DNA of 38,499 nucleotides from a virus (IMGVR_UViG_2711768065_000005), one strand, 5' to 3'; positions 22,094 to 31,363 are shown, counted from the stretch's first letter. Notes: generated by a model from the sequence alone, not told the origin. Numbers and translations: made by a program.

Positions 22094-22312
22094 TTATATT
22101 TTTTCAGCCAAATCTCTCAAGAACTGTTTGGCATGTTTTACCGCAGTAACTTCATAATAATCCAAACCAGCTCCTTCAAGTCGCTCAAGGTTGATGTTCA
22201 GATCAAAAATTTCACCGGCAAAACGTTCTTTGTCCTGTAACGTTAAGATTACCGTAACTTTATTCTCAAAATTGCGGGTCCCTTTCACAATCAGTTCATA
22301 GTTTTTAGTCAT
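22094..22312 (-). CDS. Hypothetical protein between holin and endolysin
   Basis: 72-aa ORF directly downstream of the holin on the late strand; no TM segment; no recognised motif. Confidence 0.35.
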   Translation of the reverse strand: MTKNYELIVKGTRNFENKVTVILTLQDKERFAGEIFDLNINLERLEGAGLDYYEVTAVKHAKQFLRDLAEKI

Positions 22313-22316
22313 TGTC

Positions 22317-22532
22317 TTACTCTCCTCTCGCAGCCTTACGCCTGTCTTCTTTAATCTTGAAATAAAGGTTTGTCAGATACGTCAGCAGGCCAAAAACCAG
22401 GCTACCCAGCACACCGATTGCAGCCCACTGTGACGGAGTTACTTTATCGAGTAACTGCAATGCCCAGAAACCAGCATTACCCGCCGATGTGCCATAGGCA
22501 ACACCTGTTGTTAACTTATCCATTGATTTCAT
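22317..22532 (-). CDS. S: Class II pinholin, phage 21 S-like, dual-start motif
   Basis: [71 protein letters not shown] is near-identical in pattern to S21 (two TMDs, Met1-Lys-Ser-Met4 dual start, C-terminal KAARGE); GAGG Shine-Dalgarno. Confidence 0.85.
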   Translation of the reverse strand: MKSMDKLTTGVAYGTSAGNAGFWALQLLDKVTPSQWAAIGVLGSLVFGLLTYLTNLYFKIKEDRRKAARGE

Positions 22533-22751
22533 ATCCTCACCCCGATGTACACGGATGGTGCAATATGTTTGAAAAGATCGGAGTCTACGGGGTAGTTTTG
22601 ACAGCACACGTTGTTCTCAACGGCGCTAAAAAAACATACACATTAAAAATGTGGGTAATTATTTTGAAAGAAAGTCATATATAAAATAATAATACGAGAA
22701 ATGTTTTCATATTTAGTGTACTGTATACGGCCATTTATACAGGAAAAGCCT

Positions 22752-22922
22752 ATGTCAGAACGTAAAAACTCAAAATCACGCCGTAATTATCTCGTTAAAT
22801 GTTCCTGCCCAAACTGCACCCAAGAGTCAGAACACAGTTTTTCAAGAGTACAAAAAGGTGCCCTTTTGATCTGCCCTCATTGCAACAAAGTATTCCAGAC
22901 AAATCTTAAAGCTGTAGCCTGA
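22752..22922 (+). CDS. Small zinc-ribbon protein (hypothetical)
   Basis: 56 aa MSERKNSKSRRNYLVKCSCPNCTQESEHSFSRVQKGALLICPHCNKVFQTNLKAVA with two CxxC pairs; AGGAAAAG Shine-Dalgarno. Confidence 0.45.
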   Translation: MSERKNSKSRRNYLVKCSCPNCTQESEHSFSRVQKGALLICPHCNKVFQTNLKAVA

Positions 22923-22977
22923 TTGATTTTATTAGTAACAAGTATTTTTTATATTTTAATAATATATTTAAAGCAGA

Positions 22978-23004
22978 TAATAAAAAACCCGCCTGAGCGG
23001 GTTT
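22978..23004 (-). terminator. Intrinsic terminator (minus strand) upstream of holin gene
   Basis: Perfect 8-bp stem aaacccgc/gcgggttt with 4-nt loop, followed on the minus strand by a T-tract (tttttttattat). Confidence 0.55.
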
Positions 23005-23285
23005 GAGATTGTGGTGCTTTTTGTGGGAGTCATCCACTTACGCACTTTGTTTTGCCATGCCAGCAGTTAGCTTCTGCTGTAAAACTATTCATGCAGCAAA
23101 CCTGCACTTCACCACAATGGTTAGCATACTTTTCCTGATTAAGATTTTGCCAAATATGCTAGCCATTGTTTCATGTATTGGACCTCCTTACTTTTTATTA
23201 AAGAGATCCAATATTCACTACTCTGTCCGTATCTCTACTCAGGCATCAGCCTTCTTCGTTATCGTATACAGACGAGCGATGAATT

Positions 23286-23501
23286 TTAATCAGTAATGAT
23301 GACATTTGCTGCTGCAGGACCTTTAGCACCACTCTCTATAGAGAAGGTAACCTTTTGACCTTCAAATAAGGTTCGATAATTATCATTCTGAATCGCAGAA
23401 AAATGCACAAACACATCTTTACTACCATCAACAGGAGAAATAAAGCCGAAACCTTTATCAGCGTTAAACCATTTTACTAAACCAGTCATTTTATTTGACA
23501 T
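23286..23501 (-). CDS. cspB: Cold shock protein CspB-like
   Basis: [71 protein letters not shown]; long AT-rich 5' UTR typical of csp genes. Confidence 0.85.
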   Translation of the reverse strand: MSNKMTGLVKWFNADKGFGFISPVDGSKDVFVHFSAIQNDNYRTLFEGQKVTFSIESGAKGPAAANVIITD

Positions 23502-23801
23502 TCTACATTCCTTAACTTGAGCCTTTCGGCATAAATGGTTTGCATAACAGAAACGACTTCGTACTTAATTGGAGAGACTCAAAGAAGGAATAAGTGAATA
23601 ACACCTGAAATGAGAACTGCTTTAGTAAACTACTTCGTATATCGTCTGTTCTTCAAACCGACGCAATCATTAACGCATAGTTGAACATATGAAGCAATGT
23701 TTATTTTAGACATCCAGCCATCTTCAACCCCATCAAAAAACTATAGCTTTCTTCAGGAACGTGTGTATAGTGCGCCAAGTTATCAGTATTAAGGAATTTT
23801 T

Positions 23802-24014
23802 TTGTCCCGTAAAATGACAGGAATTGTCAAAACCTTTGACGGCAAAAGCGGCAAGGGTCTTATCACCCCATCCGATGGTCGTATCGATGTCCAGCTTCAT
23901 GTTTCAGCGCTCAATCTCCGCGATGCAGAAGAAATTACCACCGGATTACGCGTGGAATTTTGCCGGATAAATGGTCTGCGTGGCCCTTCAGCTGCCAATG
24001 TTTACCTTTCATGA
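23802..24014 (+). CDS. cspF: Cold shock protein-like CspF/CspH type
   Basis: [70 protein letters not shown]; divergent from cspB as in Qin. Confidence 0.8.
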
Positions 24015-24299
24015 GCTATATTAAAGCTTTAATTTCAGGCCCCATCGGATCACACATGGAGAGTTTTTATGAATAACCCCGTCTGTCTTGATGACTGGTT
24101 GATTGGCTTTAAAAGCTTATGCTGTACTTTGGCCGTAATAGCTCTGCTAATAATATAATAAGCAGACTCATTGTGTTTAGGGACATTGTACTGGAAGAAA
24201 ATATTTTAAACATCAGGCAAATAACCAAGTCACCAGCTAAATAATAAGTTAACAGACATGAGTCCCGGGATGAGATTCAACATTACCATTGCCCCATTT

Positions 24300-24330
24300 A
24301 AAGCACAAAACCCGCTCATCAGCGGGTTTT
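24300..24330. terminator. Bidirectional intrinsic terminator; candidate tR' of the late operon
   Basis: Stem aaaacccgc/gcgggtttt (24307..24330) with loop tcatca; U-tracts on both strands (plus ctacttttt, minus ttttgtgcttt). Confidence 0.5.
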
Positions 24331-24375
24331 CTACTTTTTCTTAACGTCGGGTATACAAAGCCCATCGTTGAAAAA

Positions 24376-24404
24376 ATTTTATCCATATTTTTTGAAAAAT
24401 GCAA
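24376..24404 (-). promoter_or_regulatory. Candidate late promoter PR' (sigma70), about 30 bp downstream of Q
   Basis: Minus strand reads TTGCAT (-35, 24404..24399), 17-bp spacer, TAAAAT (-10, 24381..24376); the terminator hairpin lies about 45-65 nt downstream of the predicted start. Confidence 0.45.
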
Positions 24405-24435
24405 ACATCATGTCGCCATCTTCAGCAAAAATCAT

Positions 24436-25188
24436 TTATCTCGTCACCTTCCTCAATTGCGCTTCCGCGTATGCTTCTTCCTGCCAGCACTTTGTTACCA
24501 GTTTATCAATGACGTCCGCATACCCCTTATACCACTGATAATCGGTCAGGTCTGGTACCAGCTTCTGGACATGACGTCGTGCCAGCGTGGTCGGTAAACG
24601 ACTAAATCGGTTTCCATTACAACGCCCACAAATCTTATATACCGGTACGCCATGAAACCGGGTTCTTTTTTCATCCAGAACAATCCCTTTACCCTTACAC
24701 CCTCTGCACGCTGTGCTGACTTCGCCCTTACCATGGCAATGCTGACATAGTTCCTTCACCCATTCTTCCTTGATTACAGATTCCCCGCGTCTGTAGTGTT
24801 TCACCACTTCGCGCAATACATTATAAAATCCCGTACCTGAACAATGCTCACAGCGAGCCTTACTTGCCGCAGACCTGGAGTAATCAGCAAAGGCAAAATT
24901 CACAAGGTAAGGAATAATCTGTAACCGGATTTCTTCACTCAATTTGTTCAATGTCGGGTTATCCAGTGCCATCGCGTAATTTAGCAGGCCTTCAATCGCA
25001 AACTGAGGGTCCTGAACACCAACTTTTGCCAGAAATAAGGCCAACCCAAGTGGTGCTTTCGACTGCACCATCCCCTGCGCTGCCATTACATCCGTAATTG
25101 TTAAACAACCGGTGCCTGTCGCTGGAGCGTCATCGCTCAATTTTGGAGATTTTGGGGAGTAATATTTTGGTAAGGCTTCAAGGTTCAT
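24436..25188 (-). CDS. quuQ: Late-gene antiterminator Q (phage 82/QuuQ type)
   Basis: 250 aa; MNLEALPKYYSPKSPKLSDDAPATGTG...; Cys/His zinc-binding cluster CEHCSGTG...CQHCHGKGE...CRGCKGKG...CGRCNG. Confidence 0.85.
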   Translation of the reverse strand: MNLEALPKYYSPKSPKLSDDAPATGTGCLTITDVMAAQGMVQSKAPLGLALFLAKVGVQDPQFAIEGLLNYAMALDNPTLNKLSEEIRLQIIPYLVNFAFADYSRSAASKARCEHCSGTGFYNVLREVVKHYRRGESVIKEEWVKELCQHCHGKGEVSTACRGCKGKGIVLDEKRTRFHGVPVYKICGRCNGNRFSRLPTTLARRHVQKLVPDLTDYQWYKGYADVIDKLVTKCWQEEAYAEAQLRKVTR

Positions 25189-25201
25189 GCTCGTTCTCCA
25201 C

Positions 25202-26290
25202 TTACGCCAGTACGCCAGTTGCCAGCGCGCGATCGATAAAACGAAATATCAGCTCCAGTTGGGAGCCATACTTCTCTTCAAATGCCACTGTATCCGTATG
25301 CAGCTCGTTGTGATGCTTTCTGCACAAAGGCAACACAAAGAGATCATGTGCTTTTGTTCCCATTCCGCCCTGCCCGTGACCAATCAGATGATGCGGATCG
25401 TCGGCTGGCATACCGCAGCAAGCACACGGCTGTGTCTTAACCCAACGAGTGTATTTCTCCTTAACCCAGCGGCGACGTTTAGGCAGCTTCATGAAAGATT
25501 CCGGAGACTCTGGATCAACGGTGATGCTTACCACCGTCTTTTCCTGTGGTGGTTTTTGTTGCTGGTGGGCGTAAGGCAACGGTGCAAGATTTTCTGTGCG
25601 TTGTTTCAATATGCTGGTGGCGGTCTGCTCTCCCTGTACGATGTCGCTTTCGCGGTACACCGAGCAGATTTTTTCCGCTGGTAATCCCAGCGAACGACGC
25701 GATACAGCCTCAGGTAGTGCATCCACCACCTGATTGCAGACCGCCCACCAGGATAATTCAGCCAAAGATAATTCCCGCTCCTGCGTACCGCTTATTGCGT
25801 GACGGATGACGTCAATCACCCATGCTGTCAGATTTTGTTGAGCAAGCAGCTCCAGTGATTCCGATGTCTGGTCACGCAGTTGGTTGTCGCAGTGCCAGCA
25901 CAACACCATTGCGCCGGTACCATAACGGTGAATGACTGTTTCAGTGTGATGGTAATCGCCATTAGGCCACTGGCAGGATGTAACATGACGTAATAGCCAG
26001 TCAGACAATGCGCCAACGCCGCCAGTAGCACGAATCACCCGTTCGTTACTAAAAAACGGCAGCAATGTTTTGTCTTCTGCCAGCGGCTGGCGAACGGCAG
26101 GAACGACTCCGGATGGCAGATTTCGCATGCTTTTTGGTTCCGGTTCCACCAGCACTCGAGGATTATGAAATATCTGTATGGATTCACGGCCCGGCTTAAG
26201 GACCACCAGCCCAAGCTCAGGCACCAGAACAGGTCTAAGTAATACCCGCACGTTACCTCCAGATCCGTTGCTGGAAAGTGCGGGACGCAC
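25202..26290 (-). CDS. ydfU: YdfU-like protein (DUF968), Cys/His-rich HNH-like C-terminus
   Basis: C-terminal ...QPCACCGMPADDPHHLIGHGQGGMGTKAHDLFVLPLCRKHHNELH; position immediately upstream of Q as in Qin; true start uncertain (longest ORF overlaps the upstream gene by 38 nt). Confidence 0.65.
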   Translation of the reverse strand: MRPALSSNGSGGNVRVLLRPVLVPELGLVVLKPGRESIQIFHNPRVLVEPEPKSMRNLPSGVVPAVRQPLAEDKTLLPFFSNERVIRATGGVGALSDWLLRHVTSCQWPNGDYHHTETVIHRYGTGAMVLCWHCDNQLRDQTSESLELLAQQNLTAWVIDVIRHAISGTQERELSLAELSWWAVCNQVVDALPEAVSRRSLGLPAEKICSVYRESDIVQGEQTATSILKQRTENLAPLPYAHQQQKPPQEKTVVSITVDPESPESFMKLPKRRRWVKEKYTRWVKTQPCACCGMPADDPHHLIGHGQGGMGTKAHDLFVLPLCRKHHNELHTDTVAFEEKYGSQLELIFRFIDRALATGVLA

Positions 26291-26531
26291 GTGGTGGGCG
26301 TTCGGAATAAGGCAGCCTGACAGAGATTATCCAGTGCCGATAGTCGAGACTGAGAGCTTTCTTAACCTCGAACCCGCGCCTGCGGTAAGAATGAATCAGC
26401 CATTCGGCCTGTTCTGCAGTGCATGGAGGGTGCTGGAACCATTCAGACTTGAATGCGTGAGAATACCGCCCGTGCGTGCAGGCAAGAACGGGCGAATTAT
26501 CAGAATTGTAATATTTTACGTTGCGTGCCAT
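26253..26531 (-). CDS. Hypothetical protein
   Basis: 92-aa ORF MARNVKYYNSDNSPV...; no recognised motif. Confidence 0.4.
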   Translation of the reverse strand: MARNVKYYNSDNSPVLACTHGRYSHAFKSEWFQHPPCTAEQAEWLIHSYRRRGFEVKKALSLDYRHWIISVRLPYSERPPRASRTFQQRIWR

Positions 26532-26597
26532 CGGTTTTCTCCGGTGGCACGGTGTTACTCAGCGGGAGTTCAGCCCCGCGCAAGATTGTAGATGAGT

Positions 26598-26849
26598 TTA
26601 TTCTTCTGCAAAAGCAGAAAAGCCAGCTTTTATTCCGATCTCTTTCAATGCCTGTAATGAAGTGACAAACTCACCTTCGCGCAAGATAAATCCGTCCGTG
26701 ACCCGAGCATCCACAAAATTAATTAACGCAGCCCCATTCTTTCGCAAACACATAATGCGGTAATGACTAACAAGATTTCCATTTTCAACGCACACAGCAT
26801 AGAGGCCATCTTCACAAAAAATTTTACGCAGTTCTTCGATGTTCATCAT
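26598..26849 (-). CDS. Hypothetical protein (rem-like position and size)
   Basis: 83-aa ORF between ydfU and hokD, the position of K-12 rem (same length, from memory); no sequence-level confirmation possible here. Confidence 0.4.
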   Translation of the reverse strand: MMNIEELRKIFCEDGLYAVCVENGNLVSHYRIMCLRKNGAALINFVDARVTDGFILREGEFVTSLQALKEIGIKAGFSAFAEE

Positions 26850-27065
26850 CAGAATCCTTCCGGATAATTAGCTCTCCCCTTTAAGGGACCATCCCTCTTA
26901 TCCCTGCGCGCTACTTAAGTATTTTTGATTCTATTCCGGCACCGTCCAGATCTTCAAACGCGTTGAAAATAAAAACAAAAACCCGCCGAAGCGGGTTAAG
27001 TGCGGGTGCGTTGAGGATGCCTGCCACATCAGAGGTGGCGAGGGATTTCTCCCTCGCCGGGTCTC

Positions 27066-27221
27066 TTACTCCTCAGGTTCGTAAGCTGTGAAGACAGCGA
27101 CCTCCGTCTGGCCGGTTCGGATTCGTACCTCGCAGAGGTCTTTCCTCGTTACCAGTGCCGTCACTATGACGGTTAAACAGATGACGATCAGGGCGATTAA
27201 CATCGCCTTTTGCTGCTTCAT
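27066..27221 (-). CDS. hokD: Hok/Gef-family membrane toxin (HokD/RelF-like)
   Basis: MKQQKAMLIALIVICLTVIVTALVTRKDLCEVRIRTGQTEVAVFTAYEPEE (51 aa); an in-frame upstream Met at 27278 would give a 70-aa product. Confidence 0.8.
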   Translation of the reverse strand: MKQQKAMLIALIVICLTVIVTALVTRKDLCEVRIRTGQTEVAVFTAYEPEE

Positions 27222-27895
27222 AGCCTGCTTCTCCTTGCCTTTCGGCTCGTAAGAGGCTAACCTACATGTGTCTAGCATGAAATTGGCCTCAGATTAATGT
27301 TAAGCGTCTTGCAGGACGCGTAATGTTAACTGGGGCTTTTCTCTATCTGCCTTTGGTGTTCATGCCCGAGGCAGATAGCCTCAAGCACCCGCAGCCATTC
27401 TACTTAACTACCGTTACCTCGCCAATATGAAATCAGTCAGAAAGGCGATCCATAAGAACAATAGCAAGACAATAAATCGCCATTACAGCCGTAATAGCCA
27501 GCGCACATTTGAGAACCAGCACCACAACCTCCTGTATTGGACGTAGACCAGTCCTGATGAATATGAGGCTGTCTCGTCAGTGATTCAATACAACTATTGG
27601 GTATAGTTTCTCTGATTTTTTCTGTGGAAATGGGGCACAACCACTAGTCACCACCAGCACTTCTTTTAATACGCAAAGTCCGACACAAGCTAACCTTCTA
27701 GTCCGCTTTGAGCGAAAAACAGCCATAATTTAGTGCCACGTATATAATGATAGAGCTATTCAAGCTAGCAATTCACATGTAAAAATTCAGAGGGTAGAAG
27801 CACATAGTTATAAATGTTGGCTCCATCGACAAATTGCGGTCTCAAGTACATTTATTAATGTTGCCCCCGCATTAACAAATCATCAAGGTGACGAC

Positions 27896-29683
27896 ATGGA
27901 CGATATTAATATCAGCCTCGACGAACTTAACACTATTGATTTATCCCCCTTAATCCAGAGTAAGCTGCCAGTTACCTGCTTTGATATCACAAAGTATCTT
28001 TCTAGCCTAGGTGATGGAAGAGCGGAGATAAGACTGCTAACCCATATTTGCGGTTTTCACTTTCGTCCCGAAAATCCACAGGTACCATTTGGTCCGTGCT
28101 TTCAAAGCAGCCAAGGTAGATCTGCAATTCCGGATGACATTAACGGGTTGTCGCTGGAGGTACTTTCTCAATTTTGCCCGACGATAGAGCTACCCGAACT
28201 TCAAGCTCGTATTGCTGATACACTTTGGGTTCGTAAAATTGGTGGAATCCGTTTTCCTTTGCTGGCAGTCCGTGCTTATTATGCGTCCAGTATAGCTATT
28301 ATGACATCGCAAGGGACGTGGGTTAGTGCTTTAGAACGCCTAGAGCGTGCGCTTAGGCTGTGTTGTTTTTTTCGAAAGAATACTGATTTCAGGGATGAAT
28401 TTGATCAGCTTTCGGCACATCTACTAGCAGAGTATGAACGTACCAGAGAACAAGGCGATTCACCTTATCCGCTGCGACTCCTGCAACTCGATATCGACTG
28501 TAAAGTGAGTGAGCCATCTTTTATTGCCCAGGAACTCCTGTTTCTGACAAAAAACTATCTGGCTCAAAAATTATTTTCATTTGCCGTCGATGCCTGTAAA
28601 ACCGCAATCACGATTGCGAATAGGTGCTGTGACAGAGATACACAGTTTGAATTCTGGCGGCTTCTTGCCGATACACATCTGGAAGAGTCAAAATTCCAAG
28701 ATGGCGGTATGATTTCGGCAGCCTGCATGCAGAATGCTATTGAAGCACTGGCTAATATTCCAGGAACCCGAATAGAACGTCTTGCGCTGTATGAAGAAAT
28801 GCGTGATTACCAAATCGAATCCCGTCACCAGATGTCTATCCTTCAGTCTCCCCCTCAAGATATTAGTGAGATTGTCCATCAAGCCAAGAGTCGGGTAGTC
28901 GGAAGAGATATGTTTGATATGGTTTTCAGACTTGCGATGCTGGTCTGTCGGCCAACCAGCATTGAGAGACTTAAGGCTCAAGCAATAGAACAAAAGGCCA
29001 ACAGCATAGCTTGGATGTTTGGATCAACACATATTGATCATGAGGGAATGACACTTGCTCGCATACCCGCAGGATTGGGGATTGATGATGCAAATGGGGC
29101 AGTTATTTGGCCCATAATGATGACGAGAATGCGTATCGACCATGAGTTGGCAGTAGCTGGGCAAATTATTCCTGCTACAGATGAGATCACAATGAAATAT
29201 CCAATCTCGGAGGCGTTTTTTCGCGATATGTTCATCAATCATCCCTTCATCCCGTTTGGGCATGAAGAGTTTTTCATCAAGGGTATGGTTTGCGGTTTCA
29301 ATGGAGATTTTATGACGGCATGCCACGTGTTGATTCCCCAGATCGAAAATAGTCTGAGATATGTGGCTAAAATTAAAGGTGAGGAACCATCGCAGCTTCA
29401 CGGGGACGGTTCGCAAGAGCGAAATGGACTCAAGGGATTACTAGATAATCCACTGATTATTGAAGCTTTCGGCGTAGACATAATTGGCAATCTTCAGGCC
29501 TTACTGGTAGATAAAATCTATGGTGATTTACGAAATCAACTAGCTCACGGATATGTGCCTGCCGGTTACTACAATCAACCTCCCTGCATTTTTGCATGGT
29601 GGCTTGTATTGCACATTCTAATGAACCCTACGGCGAGATACTGGCAAGCCACTTATGGCCAAGAGAGTGAGGCTCAGACTTAA
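27896..29683 (+). CDS. 595-aa protein with C-terminal R-x4-H (HEPN-type) motif; candidate abortive-infection/defence protein (ApeA-like or DUF4209-like?)
   Basis: Long uninterrupted ORF on the strand opposite to flanking phage genes; flanked by AT-rich non-coding DNA (27280..27895 and 29684..29901); motif DLRNQLAHGY (R at 29531..29533, H at 29546..29548); family names are recollection, not a database hit. Confidence is for the CDS being real, not for its function. Confidence 0.8.
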   Translation: MDDINISLDELNTIDLSPLIQSKLPVTCFDITKYLSSLGDGRAEIRLLTHICGFHFRPENPQVPFGPCFQSSQGRSAIPDDINGLSLEVLSQFCPTIELPELQARIADTLWVRKIGGIRFPLLAVRAYYASSIAIMTSQGTWVSALERLERALRLCCFFRKNTDFRDEFDQLSAHLLAEYERTREQGDSPYPLRLLQLDIDCKVSEPSFIAQELLFLTKNYLAQKLFSFAVDACKTAITIANRCCDRDTQFEFWRLLADTHLEESKFQDGGMISAACMQNAIEALANIPGTRIERLALYEEMRDYQIESRHQMSILQSPPQDISEIVHQAKSRVVGRDMFDMVFRLAMLVCRPTSIERLKAQAIEQKANSIAWMFGSTHIDHEGMTLARIPAGLGIDDANGAVIWPIMMTRMRIDHELAVAGQIIPATDEITMKYPISEAFFRDMFINHPFIPFGHEEFFIKGMVCGFNGDFMTACHVLIPQIENSLRYVAKIKGEEPSQLHGDGSQERNGLKGLLDNPLIIEAFGVDIIGNLQALLVDKIYGDLRNQLAHGYVPAGYYNQPPCIFAWWLVLHILMNPTARYWQATYGQESEAQT

Positions 29684-29901
29684 AGTGAATAAGTTTACGA
29701 AGTTGGCACTTCCGGATGCATGTCCATATGAGTTGAGGCGATTTGGTTAATAAGGTTGAGTGCTGCTGAAATTATTCGATGTCCGCTTTTGGCACAAAGC
29801 GGACAACCACGCCAGATCTACCCTGTGCCATGAAAAATGAGAATGTCAATTCACTCCTGAACTAATGCTTTTTAATCTAGTAACGTCTAAAATACCTAAC
29901 A

Positions 29902-30303
29902 TTATCCCTGATAAAATGCCAGTATGCGCTGCATAACTTCACTCATCCGGCACTCGCGACAGATTATGTTTAGGCGACTGTCGTAGCGACGTATTTCTCC
30001 ATCAGGTAACGACCAGATAAGGTCCGGATCAACCACAGCTGTTTTCTTCACCTTTGCCCTCGAGAGTTTTTTGCGGGCGTTTTGCCAGTCCTTACGCGCC
30101 TGTTCAGACGGGAATAACCCGTAGCCGGAGTTGTATACATCGCCACTGGCTACCAGCTCTCTGGCAAGAACGCTCATCAGATATCTAGTCGCACCTGTTT
30201 TAGCTTCCAGTTGCCGTAACGTCTCACGACCGCTCTGGCGCACGAGTTCCACCACCTGCCCTTTAATTTTTTCCCGCTCTTCTTGTGTAAAAACTTTTGC
30301 CAC
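29902..30303 (-). CDS. Hypothetical protein with HTH-like segment
   Basis: 133 aa; ...ETLRQLEAKTGATRYLMSVLARELV... helix-turn-helix-like; downstream of the replication gene. Confidence 0.55.
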   Translation of the reverse strand: MAKVFTQEEREKIKGQVVELVRQSGRETLRQLEAKTGATRYLMSVLARELVASGDVYNSGYGLFPSEQARKDWQNARKKLSRAKVKKTAVVDPDLIWSLPDGEIRRYDSRLNIICRECRMSEVMQRILAFYQG

Positions 30304-30343
30304 AAGTCCCCCTTAAAATTACCTCATGACCTGAAATCAAAAC

Positions 30344-31363
30344 TTATCCTCTGAAACCAGGCGGAATTTCTGTATCCGGTTCAGAAATATGATTAACACA
30401 ACGCTGTACAGGTGAACGCCCCAGGCGGATGACCAGTTCGTCCCATTTTTCGCGGAGCTTTGACGGGCTCATGATGTTTTTTACCCAGAATGGATCCCGC
30501 TGTACCCGACCAAACATTTCACAAATTTGTCTGTGGCTTCTGCCATCCAGCATCCGCATTGTGCGCACATCATTGGCCCAGACAGTCCAGTTAGGCTCTT
30601 TTGGTCGCATGATCTCGCCATCATCACTGGCGGCCTGTTCGTAGAGACCCACGATCCGCCCCCATATCCACTGCGCACACGCCAGATCCTCCTGGCTACC
30701 CCACTGGCGTTTTTTCGCACTAAACACAACTGCGCCAGGGTGCCGGATTAAAAAATCCTGTTCAGCCGTCTGCGGGTCCGGTTGCGAAGCTTCCGGACGA
30801 AAAGTGTTTTTATTCTCTGTAGTAATCTCTGTTGTATTCTCTGTAGGATCATCGGGCCATTTTGACCCGATGACATTGGGTCGTTTTGAACCAATGGAGC
30901 GTTTCATTTTGACCTCTTCCATCGTGTCATTTTGACCTGATGGAGCGGCGCATTTTGAACCGATGGATTCGCTCAATTTGCCATCATCTAAAAGCTCGCT
31001 TCCATAGTTAATCGTGTAGAAATTGGTCATATCGCGCTTTGATTTATTGAGCTTTTCACAACGCAAAAGCCCCAGCGTTTTCAGACTTGCAAACGCGCGC
31101 TTTAACGTTGACTCTGACCAGAATGGGAACTGTTCCAGCCATTGTTCCGTTGTGTTGTAAATCCAGCGAACACCATCACATTCCATGCCGGAATTGGTAT
31201 CTCTCAACCAGTAATGCAACTGCTGCAACACAATGGCTTCATTTAAGCCAATCTTCATCGCAAGCTGTGTGTTTATAACCAGTGGGCGTTCAGCAAAAAG
31301 AAGGCTCATAATTCCATCCAGCTTTTTGTTGGTATTGCTGTCGATACGCAAGTTTGAAAGCAA
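30344..31363 (-). CDS. Putative replication initiation/replisome-organiser protein (phage O-like)
   Basis: 339 aa; N-terminal ...LVINTQLAMKIGLNEAIVLQQLHYWL... resembles the phage replisome-organiser N-terminal domain; position downstream of cro-like gene; start may be internal because of the 74-nt overlap with the upstream ORF. Confidence 0.6.
   Translation of the reverse strand: MLSNLRIDSNTNKKLDGIMSLLFAERPLVINTQLAMKIGLNEAIVLQQLHYWLRDTNSGMECDGVRWIYNTTEQWLEQFPFWSESTLKRAFASLKTLGLLRCEKLNKSKRDMTNFYTINYGSELLDDGKLSESIGSKCAAPSGQNDTMEEVKMKRSIGSKRPNVIGSKWPDDPTENTTEITTENKNTFRPEASQPDPQTAEQDFLIRHPGAVVFSAKKRQWGSQEDLACAQWIWGRIVGLYEQAASDDGEIMRPKEPNWTVWANDVRTMRMLDGRSHRQICEMFGRVQRDPFWVKNIMSPSKLREKWDELVIRLGRSPVQRCVNHISEPDTEIPPGFRG

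Noticed and set aside
23003-23296. 97-aa plus-strand ORF between the terminator and cspB
   Set aside because: Starts inside the terminator hairpin and overlaps the cspB 3' end; hydrophobic, low-complexity translation of AT-rich DNA with no RBS.
27741-27748. TATATAAT as a -10 element for the 595-aa ORF
   Set aside because: No acceptable -35 hexamer at 16-18 bp spacing upstream, so I did not annotate a promoter; the true promoter is probably elsewhere in the AT-rich leader.
26850-27900. Expected relE/relB toxin-antitoxin pair next to hokD
   Set aside because: No RelE-like or RelB-like ORF is present on either strand; the space is occupied by non-coding AT-rich DNA and the candidate defence gene.
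28688-29416. Minus-strand ORFs (101 and 130 aa) inside the 595-aa candidate defence gene
   Set aside because: Nested antisense ORFs within a long continuous plus-strand frame; judged artefacts, although a small antisense partner cannot be fully excluded without expression data.
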